Positions 38,219 through 47,689 are shown, counted from the first letter of the stretch. The stretch is 64,000 nucleotides of DNA from Ruthenibacterium sp. (GCA_036642215.1 JAVXUG010000001.1:11896-75895); one strand, 5' to 3'. Made by a program: numbers and translations. The notes: a model not told the origin generated them from the letters alone.

Positions 38219-39465
38219 AACAAACAGCAAGCATTATTTCGACCTATGCAGCCGATGTATCGGGCGTGGCATCCGCTCTGTTTGAACTGGGCGGCATGAC
38301 CGTGATGCACGACGCGTCAGGCTGCAATTCCACCTACAATACACATGATGAGCCGCGCTGGTACGATACGGACAGCCTTGTATTTCTCTCCGGGCTGTCG
38401 GAGATGGAGGCCGTGATGGGGGACGACGGCAAGCTCATCGACGACATTGCCGCTGCCGTGCGGGAGCTGCACCCTGCCTTTTTAGCGGTGGCGGGCACGC
38501 CCATCCCGATGATGGTCGGCACCGACTTAAAGGCTGTGGCCGCTGTGCTGGAGGCGCGCACGGGCATCCCCTCTTTCGGCTTTGCCACAAACGGCATGCA
38601 CTCGTATTTGTCCGGCGCTTCGATGGCGTTTGCCGCATTGGCAAAGCACATGGTTGCTCCCGTTGCTGCCGACGCGCCAAGGCATGAAATGCTGTGTGTG
38701 AATCTTCTCGGCGCAACTCCGCTTGATTTTTCGATCAACGGCAGCGTCGCGGCAATCGCAGACGCTGTGCGGTGCGGCGGCGCACAGGTGATCAGCACAT
38801 GGGCAATGGGCAGCACGCTGGCTGAGCTAAAGCGTTCGGGCAGCGCCGATGTAAATCTTGTGGTGTCCTATTGCGGCCTTGCGGCGGCGCGTATCTTGCA
38901 GCAGCGCTTTGGCACGCCGTATGTCGTCGGTGTGCCGATTGGCTCTGCCCTTACACAAATTATTTTGTCCGCGCTCGCAGCCTCTGCCGCAGATAAAAAA
39001 TGCCGCATTGCCTATCAAGCGGCAGATAAGCAGGACAAAAAAGCCTGTGAATGCGACGCATCCTCGTTAAAACGTTCGGCGCACCCCGCATTGCCTGTTG
39101 TCACGCTGATTGGCGAAAGCGTTTATTCCTGCTCCTTGGCGGCGGCGCTTTGGGCAGAGCGCGGCATTCCGGCGCGGGTTTTGTGCCCACTGGAAACAGA
39201 GCCTTCGCTGCTTCGCGCGCAGGATTTCGTTGCGCCCGACGAGGATGATTTGTCGCCCTTGCTGTGCGCCACCGCGCAGACCCCCGCAAGCGTCATTGTG
39301 GCAGACCCGCTCTACCGCCCGTTGTGCGCCGCAGACGCAGCGTTTGTTCCGCTGCCGCATGAGGCGTTTTCGGGCCGCATTTATCGCAAGAACATCCCGA
39401 ACCTTATTGCCGATTTCCCGATATTTTTAAAATCTTTAGAAAAAGAGGTACGCACCCATGACTAA
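38215..39465 (+). CDS. Nitrogenase component 1-like beta subunit (NifK/NflK-like)
   Basis: HDASGCNSTY, LSEMEAVMGDD, GTPIPMMVGTD, VNLLGATP and ADVNLVVS; ATGA-coupled to the D-like gene. Confidence 0.85.
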   Translation: MKQTASIISTYAADVSGVASALFELGGMTVMHDASGCNSTYNTHDEPRWYDTDSLVFLSGLSEMEAVMGDDGKLIDDIAAAVRELHPAFLAVAGTPIPMMVGTDLKAVAAVLEARTGIPSFGFATNGMHSYLSGASMAFAALAKHMVAPVAADAPRHEMLCVNLLGATPLDFSINGSVAAIADAVRCGGAQVISTWAMGSTLAELKRSGSADVNLVVSYCGLAAARILQQRFGTPYVVGVPIGSALTQIILSALAASAADKKCRIAYQAADKQDKKACECDASSLKRSAHPALPVVTLIGESVYSCSLAAALWAERGIPARVLCPLETEPSLLRAQDFVAPDEDDLSPLLCATAQTPASVIVADPLYRPLCAADAAFVPLPHEAFSGRIYRKNIPNLIADFPIFLKSLEKEVRTHD

Positions 39466-40624
39466 CACAAAGCGCATTCTCTCTCTTGCACTGAGCGCAG
39501 TGCTGATGCTGTCGCTCGTCGCCTGCGGCGCGCCTGCGGCTTCTTCCGTCCAAAGCTCCGCATCTGCTGTTAGCGCGCCCGCAAGCGCAAGCGACACGCT
39601 TACCATCACCGATCATTTGGGCAACAGCGTCACGGTTCCGCGTACGATCAAGCGCATCGCCGTATGTGATTTGTTTCCCCTACCCTCGGTTTTGTCTGTA
39701 TTTTTTGACTCTGCCGAAAAAATTGTCGGCATGGCACCGCCCAGCATGAGCGCCGCGAAAAGCAGCCTTTTAAGCGAGCTGTACCCCGAAATTTTGAACG
39801 CAGAAACCGGCTTTATTGATGGCACAAACGTGAACACCGAGGAGCTTTTAAAGCTTGCGCCGGACGTTGTGTTTTACAGTGCCGCCAGCAAGGAGCTGGG
39901 CGAAAAGCTGACGGCGGCCGGGTTTAACGCCGTGGCTATTTCTGTCAGCAAATGGGATTATGATGCCATTGAAACGCTGAACCAATGGATTTTGCTTTTG
40001 AGCGAAATATTCCCGGAAAACGCCAAGGCGGATATTGTGGCTGCCTACAGTGCAAAAACGTATGACCGCGTGCAGGAGCGCATCAAAACCTTGACCGATG
40101 ACGAGCGCGCCCGCGCATTTTTCCTGTTTCAGTACAGCGATGCGTCCATCTCTACGTCCGGCAAACACTTTTTTGGTCAGTGGTGGGCAGATGCCATCGG
40201 CGCAAAGAATGTCGGCGAGGAGCTTGACAAGGATAATTCAGCAGCCGTAAATATGGAACAGCTTTATGCGTGGAATCCCGACCTTATTTTCATCACAAAT
40301 TTTAACATTTCACAGCCGAAGGATTTATACGAAAACGGCGTTGGAAATTATGACTGGAGCGGCATTGCCGCTGTGCAGAACAAGCGCGTTTATAAAATGC
40401 CGCTTGGCATGTATCGCAGCTACACCTGCGGCGTGGACACCCCTGTGACCTTATTGTGGTTGGCAAAAACAGCTTATCCCGACCTGTTCAGCGATGTAAA
40501 TATCACGCAGGAAGCAAAAGACTATTACAAAGCCGTGTTTGGCATTGCGCTGACCGATGCACAGGCCGAGATGATCTTTACCCCGTCCTCCGCCGCGGGC
40601 ACAGGCTTTGCAGCGGGCAAATAA
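39458..40624 (+). CDS. Cluster A-II (siderophore/cobalamin/heme-type) ABC substrate-binding lipoprotein
   Basis: Lipobox LSLVAC and Ser/Ala linker; TITDHLGNSVTVP, NTEELLKLAPDVV, NMEQLYAWNPD and AVQNKRVY. Confidence 0.9.
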   Translation: MTNTKRILSLALSAVLMLSLVACGAPAASSVQSSASAVSAPASASDTLTITDHLGNSVTVPRTIKRIAVCDLFPLPSVLSVFFDSAEKIVGMAPPSMSAAKSSLLSELYPEILNAETGFIDGTNVNTEELLKLAPDVVFYSAASKELGEKLTAAGFNAVAISVSKWDYDAIETLNQWILLLSEIFPENAKADIVAAYSAKTYDRVQERIKTLTDDERARAFFLFQYSDASISTSGKHFFGQWWADAIGAKNVGEELDKDNSAAVNMEQLYAWNPDLIFITNFNISQPKDLYENGVGNYDWSGIAAVQNKRVYKMPLGMYRSYTCGVDTPVTLLWLAKTAYPDLFSDVNITQEAKDYYKAVFGIALTDAQAEMIFTPSSAAGTGFAAGK

Positions 40625-40656
40625 TGCACCGCGCTACAAGAAAGGAGCTGTTTGTT

Positions 40657-41865
40657 ATGGGTCTGAATGATACTCCCTCCGGTGACCGCGTGCACATTGG
40701 TTTTTTTGGGCGGCGCAACGCGGGCAAGTCCAGCCTTGTGAATGCGGTGACGGGGCAGTCGCTCGCCATTGTGTCCGAGACAAAGGGCACGACCACCGAC
40801 CCTGTTTACAAGGCTATGGAGCTGCTGCCCATGGGTCCCGTGATGATCATTGACACACCGGGCTTTGATGACGAGGGCGCGCTGGGGGCGCTGCGCGTGC
40901 AAAAGGCGAAGCAGGTACTGAACAAAACAGACGTTGCGGTGCTTGTTGTCGATGCAGCCGAGGGCATACAGCCCGGTGATGAGGAGCTTCTTGCTTTATT
41001 TCGCGCAAAAGAAATTCCCTATCTAATCGCCTTCAACAAAAGCGATCTTGTGCAAAATCCGCTGGCACTGCCTCAAAACGCAATGTTTGTCAGCGCAGAA
41101 ACCGGTGAAGCCATCCCTGCATTGAAAGAGCGCATTGCCCGTCTTGTGAGCACCGATGACTTAGCGCTGCGGCTGGTCGGCGATTTGATCAAGCCCCTTG
41201 ACCTTGTTGTGCTTGTTGTTCCCCTGGATGCTGCCGCACCCAAGGGGCGGCTGATTTTGCCGCAGCAGCAGGCGATTCGTGACATTTTGGAAGTCGGCGC
41301 AGCCGCCGTTGTCGTAAAGGAGAATGCGCTGCGCGAGACGCTGACACACCTTCGGAAAAAGCCTGCGCTTGTCATTACGGACAGTCAGGTGTTCGCCGGG
41401 GTTTCGGCGGACACCCCGGATGATATCCCCTTGACATCGTTCTCAATTTTAATGGCGCGCTACAAGGGGCTGCTTGACACCGCCGTGCAGGGCATTTCCG
41501 CCGTAGAACGGCTGTGCGACGGTGACACCGTGCTGATTGCCGAGGGCTGTACCCATCACCGGCAGTGCGATGATATCGGCAGCGTAAAAATTCCGCGCTG
41601 GCTGCAGCATTACACGCATAAAAAGCTGCACATCAAAACCGTGAGCGGAACCGAATTTCCGAGTGACCTCTCCCCTTACGCGCTGATTATTCATTGCGGC
41701 GGCTGTATGCTGAACGAGCGCGAGGTGCGCTACCGGATGAAATGCGCGCAGGATCAGAATATTCCCATCACCAATTACGGCATTGCAATCGCCTATATGC
41801 AGGGCATTTTAAAGCGAAGCCTGAGCATTTTTCCGCAGCTTGTGGCGAAGCTTATTTCAGAGTAA
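40657..41865 (+). CDS. hydF: HydF-family GTPase / Fe-S scaffold
   Basis: GRRNAGKSS, GTTTDPV, DTPG, NKSD, RLILPQQQ and LVITDSQ; cluster ligands EGCTHH and IHCGGCM. Confidence 0.95.
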   Translation: MGLNDTPSGDRVHIGFFGRRNAGKSSLVNAVTGQSLAIVSETKGTTTDPVYKAMELLPMGPVMIIDTPGFDDEGALGALRVQKAKQVLNKTDVAVLVVDAAEGIQPGDEELLALFRAKEIPYLIAFNKSDLVQNPLALPQNAMFVSAETGEAIPALKERIARLVSTDDLALRLVGDLIKPLDLVVLVVPLDAAAPKGRLILPQQQAIRDILEVGAAAVVVKENALRETLTHLRKKPALVITDSQVFAGVSADTPDDIPLTSFSILMARYKGLLDTAVQGISAVERLCDGDTVLIAEGCTHHRQCDDIGSVKIPRWLQHYTHKKLHIKTVSGTEFPSDLSPYALIIHCGGCMLNEREVRYRMKCAQDQNIPITNYGIAIAYMQGILKRSLSIFPQLVAKLISE

Positions 41866-41888
41866 GCGTCAACGCTACCAATGGATTT

Positions 41889-42041
41889 ACCGCAAAAAGG
41901 TGGCATAGCGGATCCTCTTATAGCAGTTTTCGATGCATGGATGCTTTTTACAGTTTGCAAAACTGCTATAGCTCCCCTTCGCGGGGCGATTTTATGTGCC
42001 GGACACAGACACTGCGCAAGAGCAATGTGAAACCACATTGC
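41889..42041 (+). repeat. Dispersed palindromic intergenic repeat, copy A
   Basis: Aligns by eye end-to-end with 60465-60615; contains the hairpin tatagcagtttt...aaactgctata, then cgcggggcgattttatgtgccgg and GCAATGTG-N4-CACATTGC. Confidence 0.75.
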
Positions 42042-42094
42042 TCTATTTTGTTAAATTGCTGTAAAAAAATCGAGTAAATTGCAAAATAAGCCAA

Positions 42095-42137
42095 AACAAG
42101 CTGAACACTTTTTCAGAATAAAGTGTTCAGCTTGTAA
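42095..42137. terminator. Bidirectional terminator between convergent hydF and pfkA
   Basis: acaagctgaacacttt...aaagtgttcagcttgt. Confidence 0.75.
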
Positions 42138-42168
42138 ATTAAGAAGCGCGCGCAGCTTTCCGCAGCAA

Positions 42169-43146
42169 TTAAATGGAAATTGCACTGGCAACATCAAGCA
42201 ACGTAGTATCAATGGTCTTAAACATCGAAAGCGCCACATTGATGTCATAGTCCACAATAGATTCTGCCCTTGTGGCAACCACACGGTTATAAATGCCGCG
42301 GGAAATTAAATCCACGGCATGGTAACCAAGGCGGCTTGCCGTCACGCGGTCGCGCAAAGAGGGCGCGCCGCCGCGCTGCACATGTCCAAGCACCGTTGCG
42401 CGGGAATCAATGCCGGTGCGGGACTGAATTTCATTGGCAAGATCACCCGCATGACCGACACCCTCGGCAATGATGATGATAAAATGACGCTTTCCCGTTT
42501 TCTGCGTCGCGGTCATTTTGGCAATGACATCACGCTCAATGTCATAGGGCACCTCTGGAATCAGCGTGACAAGCGCGCCAACAGCGATCCCGGTATTCAG
42601 CGCAATATAGCCGGCGCTGCGACCCATAACCTCTACGACACTGCAACGGTCATGGCTTTGGGTTGTGTCGCGCAGCTTATCTATCATCTCCACCGCAGTG
42701 TTCATAGCGGTATCATAGCCGATGGTATAGTCACTGCACGCGATGTCATTGTCAATGGTTCCGGGCAGACCGATGCACGGAATGCCCTGTGCCGTCATAT
42801 CCTTTGCACCACGGAACGAACCGTCGCCGCCGATGACAACCAGCGCGTCAATGTCGTTATCGCGACATGCCTGTGCGGCTTTTTGCTGACCCTCCACCGT
42901 TTTAAACTCAAGGCAGCGCGCCGTATACAAAATTGTGCCGCCGCGATGGATAATTTCGGAAACGCTGCGCAGGTTCATATCAACAATGTCGCCTGTCAGT
43001 AGACCATTATAGCCGTGACGTACGCCCTTTACCTTATAGCCGCGCGAAATAGCACTGCGCACAACAGCTCGAATTGCCGCATTCATACCGGGAGCGTCTC
43101 CGCCGCTGGTGAGCACGCCAATTGTTTTGACTTCTTTTTCAGACAT
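42169..43146 (-). CDS. pfkA: ATP-dependent 6-phosphofructokinase
   Basis: IGVLTSGGDAPGMNAAIRAVVR, GGDGSFRGA, PGTIDND, VEVMGR and LGHVQRGG; promoter TTGAAA-17-TATAAT upstream. Confidence 0.98.
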   Translation of the reverse strand: MSEKEVKTIGVLTSGGDAPGMNAAIRAVVRSAISRGYKVKGVRHGYNGLLTGDIVDMNLRSVSEIIHRGGTILYTARCLEFKTVEGQQKAAQACRDNDIDALVVIGGDGSFRGAKDMTAQGIPCIGLPGTIDNDIACSDYTIGYDTAMNTAVEMIDKLRDTTQSHDRCSVVEVMGRSAGYIALNTGIAVGALVTLIPEVPYDIERDVIAKMTATQKTGKRHFIIIIAEGVGHAGDLANEIQSRTGIDSRATVLGHVQRGGAPSLRDRVTASRLGYHAVDLISRGIYNRVVATRAESIVDYDINVALSMFKTIDTTLLDVASAISI

Positions 43147-43276
43147 AAATTCTTGCCTCCCAAAACAAACTAAAAACACTTTGAACTTTCATTATAGCGG
43201 GATATCCTTTGTTTTTCAACAACTTTGTTTGATAATTGATGAATTATTCATGCCAGTTAATGTACTATTGTCCCTT

Positions 43277-46200
43277 TTACTGAACTTTAACGTTTTCTGT
43301 GCCAAGAATACGCTCCATTTCGGAAAATAAAAGCTCGTTCCTTGTACACCACATACTTTTGGGTGTAAGCATTTTTTTGTGTTCATCCTCGACATAGAGA
43401 TAAACCGGTGTCGTGCCTTCAAAGATGGACAGCAAATTTTGCACCTGTGCAAATACCTCGCCGCTGCGCGAGGGCACGCGCAGCCATAAGCCGCTTTTGG
43501 TGTGTTCTGTGTCCTGCTTTAGCTTTTCCGGCTCGCTTGCATTGATGTCGCTGATGGTATCTGCCAAAAGCTTTGGGCTCTCCTCCTCCTTGACGGAAAT
43601 TTTACCACGGACGACAACCACGGCATTGTCATGAACCGCCTCCGAGCAGGTAAGCAGCGTTTTGGGGAATGCAAGCACCTCCATCATTCCGGTAAGATCC
43701 TCTACCGTGATAAAAGCCATCAGTCCGCCGGCTTTTGTTGTGATGGTTTTTGTGTGTACAATGGTGCATACAATACACACGCCCTTGCCGTCATAACCGC
43801 GCGCCTCCTCCCCTGTCAAGTCACTGATTCTACAGGGCGATATTTTGTGAATGATTTCGCGATACTGGTCGAGCGGATGACCGGAAAGATAAAGTCCGCT
43901 GACCTCTTTTTCCTGCTTTAAGCGTATATCCGGCGCATATTCGTCATACGGCTGCATGCGATAAACATCGCGCTGCTGCGCATCTTCAAAGCTGCTGAAC
44001 AAATCAAGCTGTCCCACAAGATTTTTGCGCGTGTCTGTCTCTACACTTTTTAAAATGCCCTCCAGATTTTCCGACAGCATCCGCCGATTGTTTTCAATGG
44101 TGTCAAATGCACCGGCCTTTATCATGCTGTCCACCGCACGCCGATTCATTTCAGTGCCATACAGGCGCTTGCAAAAGTCATATAAGCTCTGATAGGGCCT
44201 GTCCGTACGGCGCTCCACAACTGCCATAATCAAACCGCGTCCCACATTTTTTAGCGCCAGCAAGCCAAAGCGCAAATCATTTCCCTGTACCGTAAAGCCC
44301 ACGCCGCTGCTGTTCACGTCCGGAGGCAGTACACGCACCCCTAGGTTCTGACATTCCGAGGTATATTCAATGACCTTTCCGGTATTGTCGAGTACGCTGG
44401 TCAACAGCGCCGCCATAAACTGATGCATATAGTGTGTCTTGAGATAGGCGGTTTGATACGCAACAACCGCATATGCCGCCGCATGAGATTTGTTAAAGGC
44501 ATAGGACGCAAAGCTGGTCAAATCGTCAAACAGCTCGTTTGCCACCGCTGCGGGGATGCCGTTTGCAACGCAGCCCGCACACTCGTGCCCCGGCTCTGTG
44601 TTGCCGTGTATAAAATGCTGCCGTTCTTTTTCCATGACATCATGCTTTTTTTTGCTCATAGCGCGGCGCACAAGATCCGCCTGCCCGTAAGAAAAGCCCG
44701 CCAGCTCACGGCAAATTTGCATGACCTGCTCCTGATAGATGACGCATCCGTTTGTCACGTTCAAAATATGCTCAAGCTGCGGCGTTTTATAGCGGACGTT
44801 TGCAGGATGGCTGCGGTTGCTGAGGTAGGTTGGAATGGAATCCATGGGGCCGGGGCGATACAGCGAGATTACAGCGATGATATCCTCAAGGCTGTTCGGA
44901 TGCTGATTCAAAATAAGCTGCCGCATTCCGCTGGATTCCAGTTGAAAAATACCCTCTGTCGCGCCCGATGTGAGCATTTCGTATACCGCGGGGTCATCAT
45001 AGGGGATTTTTTCCATTGAAAAATCAGGATGCGACCGCTGAATCATCTTTTCCGCATCACTGATGACGGTGAGCGTGCGCAGCCCCAAAAAGTCCATTTT
45101 TAAAAGACCCAGCTCCTCAATGGTGGTCATCGGGAACTGCGTGACGATATTGCCGTCGTTTGTGCTGAGCGGCACATAAGTGTCTGCCGCTTCACGCGTA
45201 ATGACGACACCCGCCGCATGAGTGGACGCATGGCGCGGCATCCCCTCTAATTTAAGCGCAATGTCAATCAACTCATGCACCTGCGCGTTTGTGTCGTATT
45301 GCTCTTTCAGCTCATTTGACACGCGCAGCGCCTTTTCCAGCGTCATTTTCAGTTCCATCGGCACAAGCTTTGCAATGGTATCCACGGTCTGGTACGGCAA
45401 ATCCAGCACACGTCCCACGTCACGGATAGCAAGGCGCGCCGCCATCGTGCCGAACGTGACAATCTGTGCCACGTGGTCGGCACCATACTTTTGGATGACA
45501 TAATCAATGACTTCCTGCCGCCGTTCATAGCAAAAATCCACATCGAAATCCGGCATGGAAACGCGTTCAGGATTCAAAAACCGTTCAAAAAGCAAATTAT
45601 ATTGAACAGGGTCAACGTCCGTGATCCCGATGCAGTAGGCGCAGATGCTTCCAACGCCGCTGCCGCGCCCCGGACCGACAGGGATTCCGCGGCTTTTCGC
45701 ATAATGAATAAAGTCAAATACAATCAGATAATAGTTGATGTAGCCCATGTGGTCGATGACGGATATTTCGTAGTCCATCCGCGCGCGGACATCGGGCGCG
45801 GGATTGTCTCCGTAGTGCTTTTTGAGTCCCGACTCACACAAATCAATAAAATATTGCTTGTTCTCCTGACCGTTCGGTGCCTCGAAATACGGCAGCTTCG
45901 TCACACCGAACTCAAAATCAAAATTGCACAGCTGCGCAATCTTATTCGTGTTTTCACATGCATCGGGCCATGCGCCAAACAAGGCATACATCTCGTCCGA
46001 ACTTTTCAAATAGAACTCATCCGTGCCAAATTCCAGCACATCATCGTCGTTAACCGTCTTGTTTGTCTGAATGCAGACAAGGATGTGCTGCATCCGGCTG
46101 TCCTCTTTTGCAATGTAATGCGCATCATTTGTCGCAACAAGGGGAATATTGGTTTCCCGCGCAAGCTGAATCAAGCCCGGCAGCACGATGCGCTGCTCCG

Positions 46201-46747
46201 CAAGACCATGATCCTGTATCTCAATATAATAATTGCCCTCACCGAACAAATCGCGGTAGTAGAGAGCAATATTTTTTGCTCTTTCATAATCACCCGCCAA
46301 CAGTGCCTGCGGAATTTCACCGGCAAGACATGCGGACAGGCAAATAAGACCCTTGTGATACTCCTCCAGTAAGGCATGGTCAATGCGCGGCTTACTGTAA
46401 AAGCCCTCGATAAAGCCCTTAGAAACCATTTTAATAAGATTTTTATACCCTGTTTCATTTTTGCACAGCAAAACAAGGTGGTTATTGCCGTCAATGCGGT
46501 TCACCTTGTCGAAGCGTGTGCGCGTGGCAACATATGCCTCGCATCCAATGATAGGCTTCAGTCCTGCCTTTTTTGCCGCGCGATAAAAATCGACACAGCC
46601 ATACATAACACCATGGTCTGTAATGGCAACGGCAGTCTGCCCCATCGCTTTCAAGTGCTCCATCATGCGGTCAATGCGGCACGCACCATCCAACAGACTG
46701 TATTCTGTATGCACATGCAGATGGGTAAATTGCTTTGTATCAGCCAT
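43277..46747 (-). CDS. dnaE: DNA polymerase III alpha subunit
   Basis: HLHVHTEYSLLDGA, GRGSG, RVSMPDFDVD, KMDFLGL and SYAFNKSHAAAY. Confidence 0.99.
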   Translation of the reverse strand: MADTKQFTHLHVHTEYSLLDGACRIDRMMEHLKAMGQTAVAITDHGVMYGCVDFYRAAKKAGLKPIIGCEAYVATRTRFDKVNRIDGNNHLVLLCKNETGYKNLIKMVSKGFIEGFYSKPRIDHALLEEYHKGLICLSACLAGEIPQALLAGDYERAKNIALYYRDLFGEGNYYIEIQDHGLAEQRIVLPGLIQLARETNIPLVATNDAHYIAKEDSRMQHILVCIQTNKTVNDDDVLEFGTDEFYLKSSDEMYALFGAWPDACENTNKIAQLCNFDFEFGVTKLPYFEAPNGQENKQYFIDLCESGLKKHYGDNPAPDVRARMDYEISVIDHMGYINYYLIVFDFIHYAKSRGIPVGPGRGSGVGSICAYCIGITDVDPVQYNLLFERFLNPERVSMPDFDVDFCYERRQEVIDYVIQKYGADHVAQIVTFGTMAARLAIRDVGRVLDLPYQTVDTIAKLVPMELKMTLEKALRVSNELKEQYDTNAQVHELIDIALKLEGMPRHASTHAAGVVITREAADTYVPLSTNDGNIVTQFPMTTIEELGLLKMDFLGLRTLTVISDAEKMIQRSHPDFSMEKIPYDDPAVYEMLTSGATEGIFQLESSGMRQLILNQHPNSLEDIIAVISLYRPGPMDSIPTYLSNRSHPANVRYKTPQLEHILNVTNGCVIYQEQVMQICRELAGFSYGQADLVRRAMSKKKHDVMEKERQHFIHGNTEPGHECAGCVANGIPAAVANELFDDLTSFASYAFNKSHAAAYAVVAYQTAYLKTHYMHQFMAALLTSVLDNTGKVIEYTSECQNLGVRVLPPDVNSSGVGFTVQGNDLRFGLLALKNVGRGLIMAVVERRTDRPYQSLYDFCKRLYGTEMNRRAVDSMIKAGAFDTIENNRRMLSENLEGILKSVETDTRKNLVGQLDLFSSFEDAQQRDVYRMQPYDEYAPDIRLKQEKEVSGLYLSGHPLDQYREIIHKISPCRISDLTGEEARGYDGKGVCIVCTIVHTKTITTKAGGLMAFITVEDLTGMMEVLAFPKTLLTCSEAVHDNAVVVVRGKISVKEEESPKLLADTISDINASEPEKLKQDTEHTKSGLWLRVPSRSGEVFAQVQNLLSIFEGTTPVYLYVEDEHKKMLTPKSMWCTRNELLFSEMERILGTENVKVQ

Positions 46748-47657
46748 GTACATTCCTTTCTCTCATCTCATCGGCAAGCTGTTCGATTTTTTTCATGCGG
46801 TGCGACAGGCCGGACTTGCTCAAGGGAGGCTCAAACTGCTCAGCCAAATCCTTTAAGCTGATGTCCGGCATCGCCTCGCGCAGCTTTGCCGCTTCGCGCA
46901 GTGCTTCAGGCAGCACCGTAAGCGCACCATGACGGCGCAAATAGGCAATGGCCTGCAATGTATTCTGGTTTGCCGCAACTGTTTTATCAATGTTGGCTGT
47001 CTCACAATTTGTAATGCGATTTGCCTTGTTGCGGATATCCTTGTACACCTTTGTATTCATAATTTGGAGCGCCGCGCTTGTCGCGCCCATAAAGGTAAGC
47101 ATATCCTCTATCTGCTCGCTTGATTTCAGATAAAGGACATTTGCACCCTTGCGCTGCGTGTGGCGCGGAGTAAAACCGTGCCCCATCAAAAGCGCTTCAA
47201 AATCATGCATCAGATTATATCTGCCGGACAGAAATTCGAGATTGTATTCCTTTTCAGGGTTTGTCATGGTGCCACAGCATAAAAACGCCATGGACACAAA
47301 CGAATTAACGCAGTGTTCGCAAACAAAATTTTTACTGTTGATGCGCAGCGTTGTCTCGTGCCCTGTATGCCCGAACAGCGCCAGCAGTCCTCGCACCTCA
47401 TCCTCATCCTTCACGGAAAATTCGTACAAGCCGTTTTTTTCCTTGCCGCGCGGGTATGCCTCGCCGTGAATGCCTGCGCGCTCCAACACCCGCTGCGCAT
47501 ATTGCGCTACGGCAGCCTGCTCCGTATGCAGCACAATACCGCGCGCGTCAAAATATTTACCAAAGCACGCAATACTGTAAGCCGCCGCTATAGCGCAGCA
47601 TTTTTTGGGCAGCTCATGTGCCATCATCTCTTTTTTTACTTCCTGTGCAAAGCTCAT
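46740..47657 (-). CDS. whiA: DNA-binding protein WhiA
   Basis: MSFAQEVKKE, FLCCGTMTNPEKEYNLEF, NRITNCETANIDK and SKSGLSHRMKKI. Confidence 0.95.
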   Translation of the reverse strand: MSFAQEVKKEMMAHELPKKCCAIAAAYSIACFGKYFDARGIVLHTEQAAVAQYAQRVLERAGIHGEAYPRGKEKNGLYEFSVKDEDEVRGLLALFGHTGHETTLRINSKNFVCEHCVNSFVSMAFLCCGTMTNPEKEYNLEFLSGRYNLMHDFEALLMGHGFTPRHTQRKGANVLYLKSSEQIEDMLTFMGATSAALQIMNTKVYKDIRNKANRITNCETANIDKTVAANQNTLQAIAYLRRHGALTVLPEALREAAKLREAMPDISLKDLAEQFEPPLSKSGLSHRMKKIEQLADEMRERNVHG

Positions 47658-47689
47658 GCGACCGCCCTCCTGTCTTTTCAAAAAATCAG

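Noticed and set aside
36129-39465. A true nitrogen-fixation (nif) cluster
   Set aside because: The FeMo-co ligands and most P-cluster Cys are missing, and no nifB, nifE or nifN is present in the window.
39520-39600. Low-complexity Ser/Ala repeat
   Set aside because: An ordinary flexible linker after a lipoprotein Cys.
41889-42041. CRISPR array
   Set aside because: The repeats are dispersed and degenerate, not tandem with spacers, and no cas genes are present.
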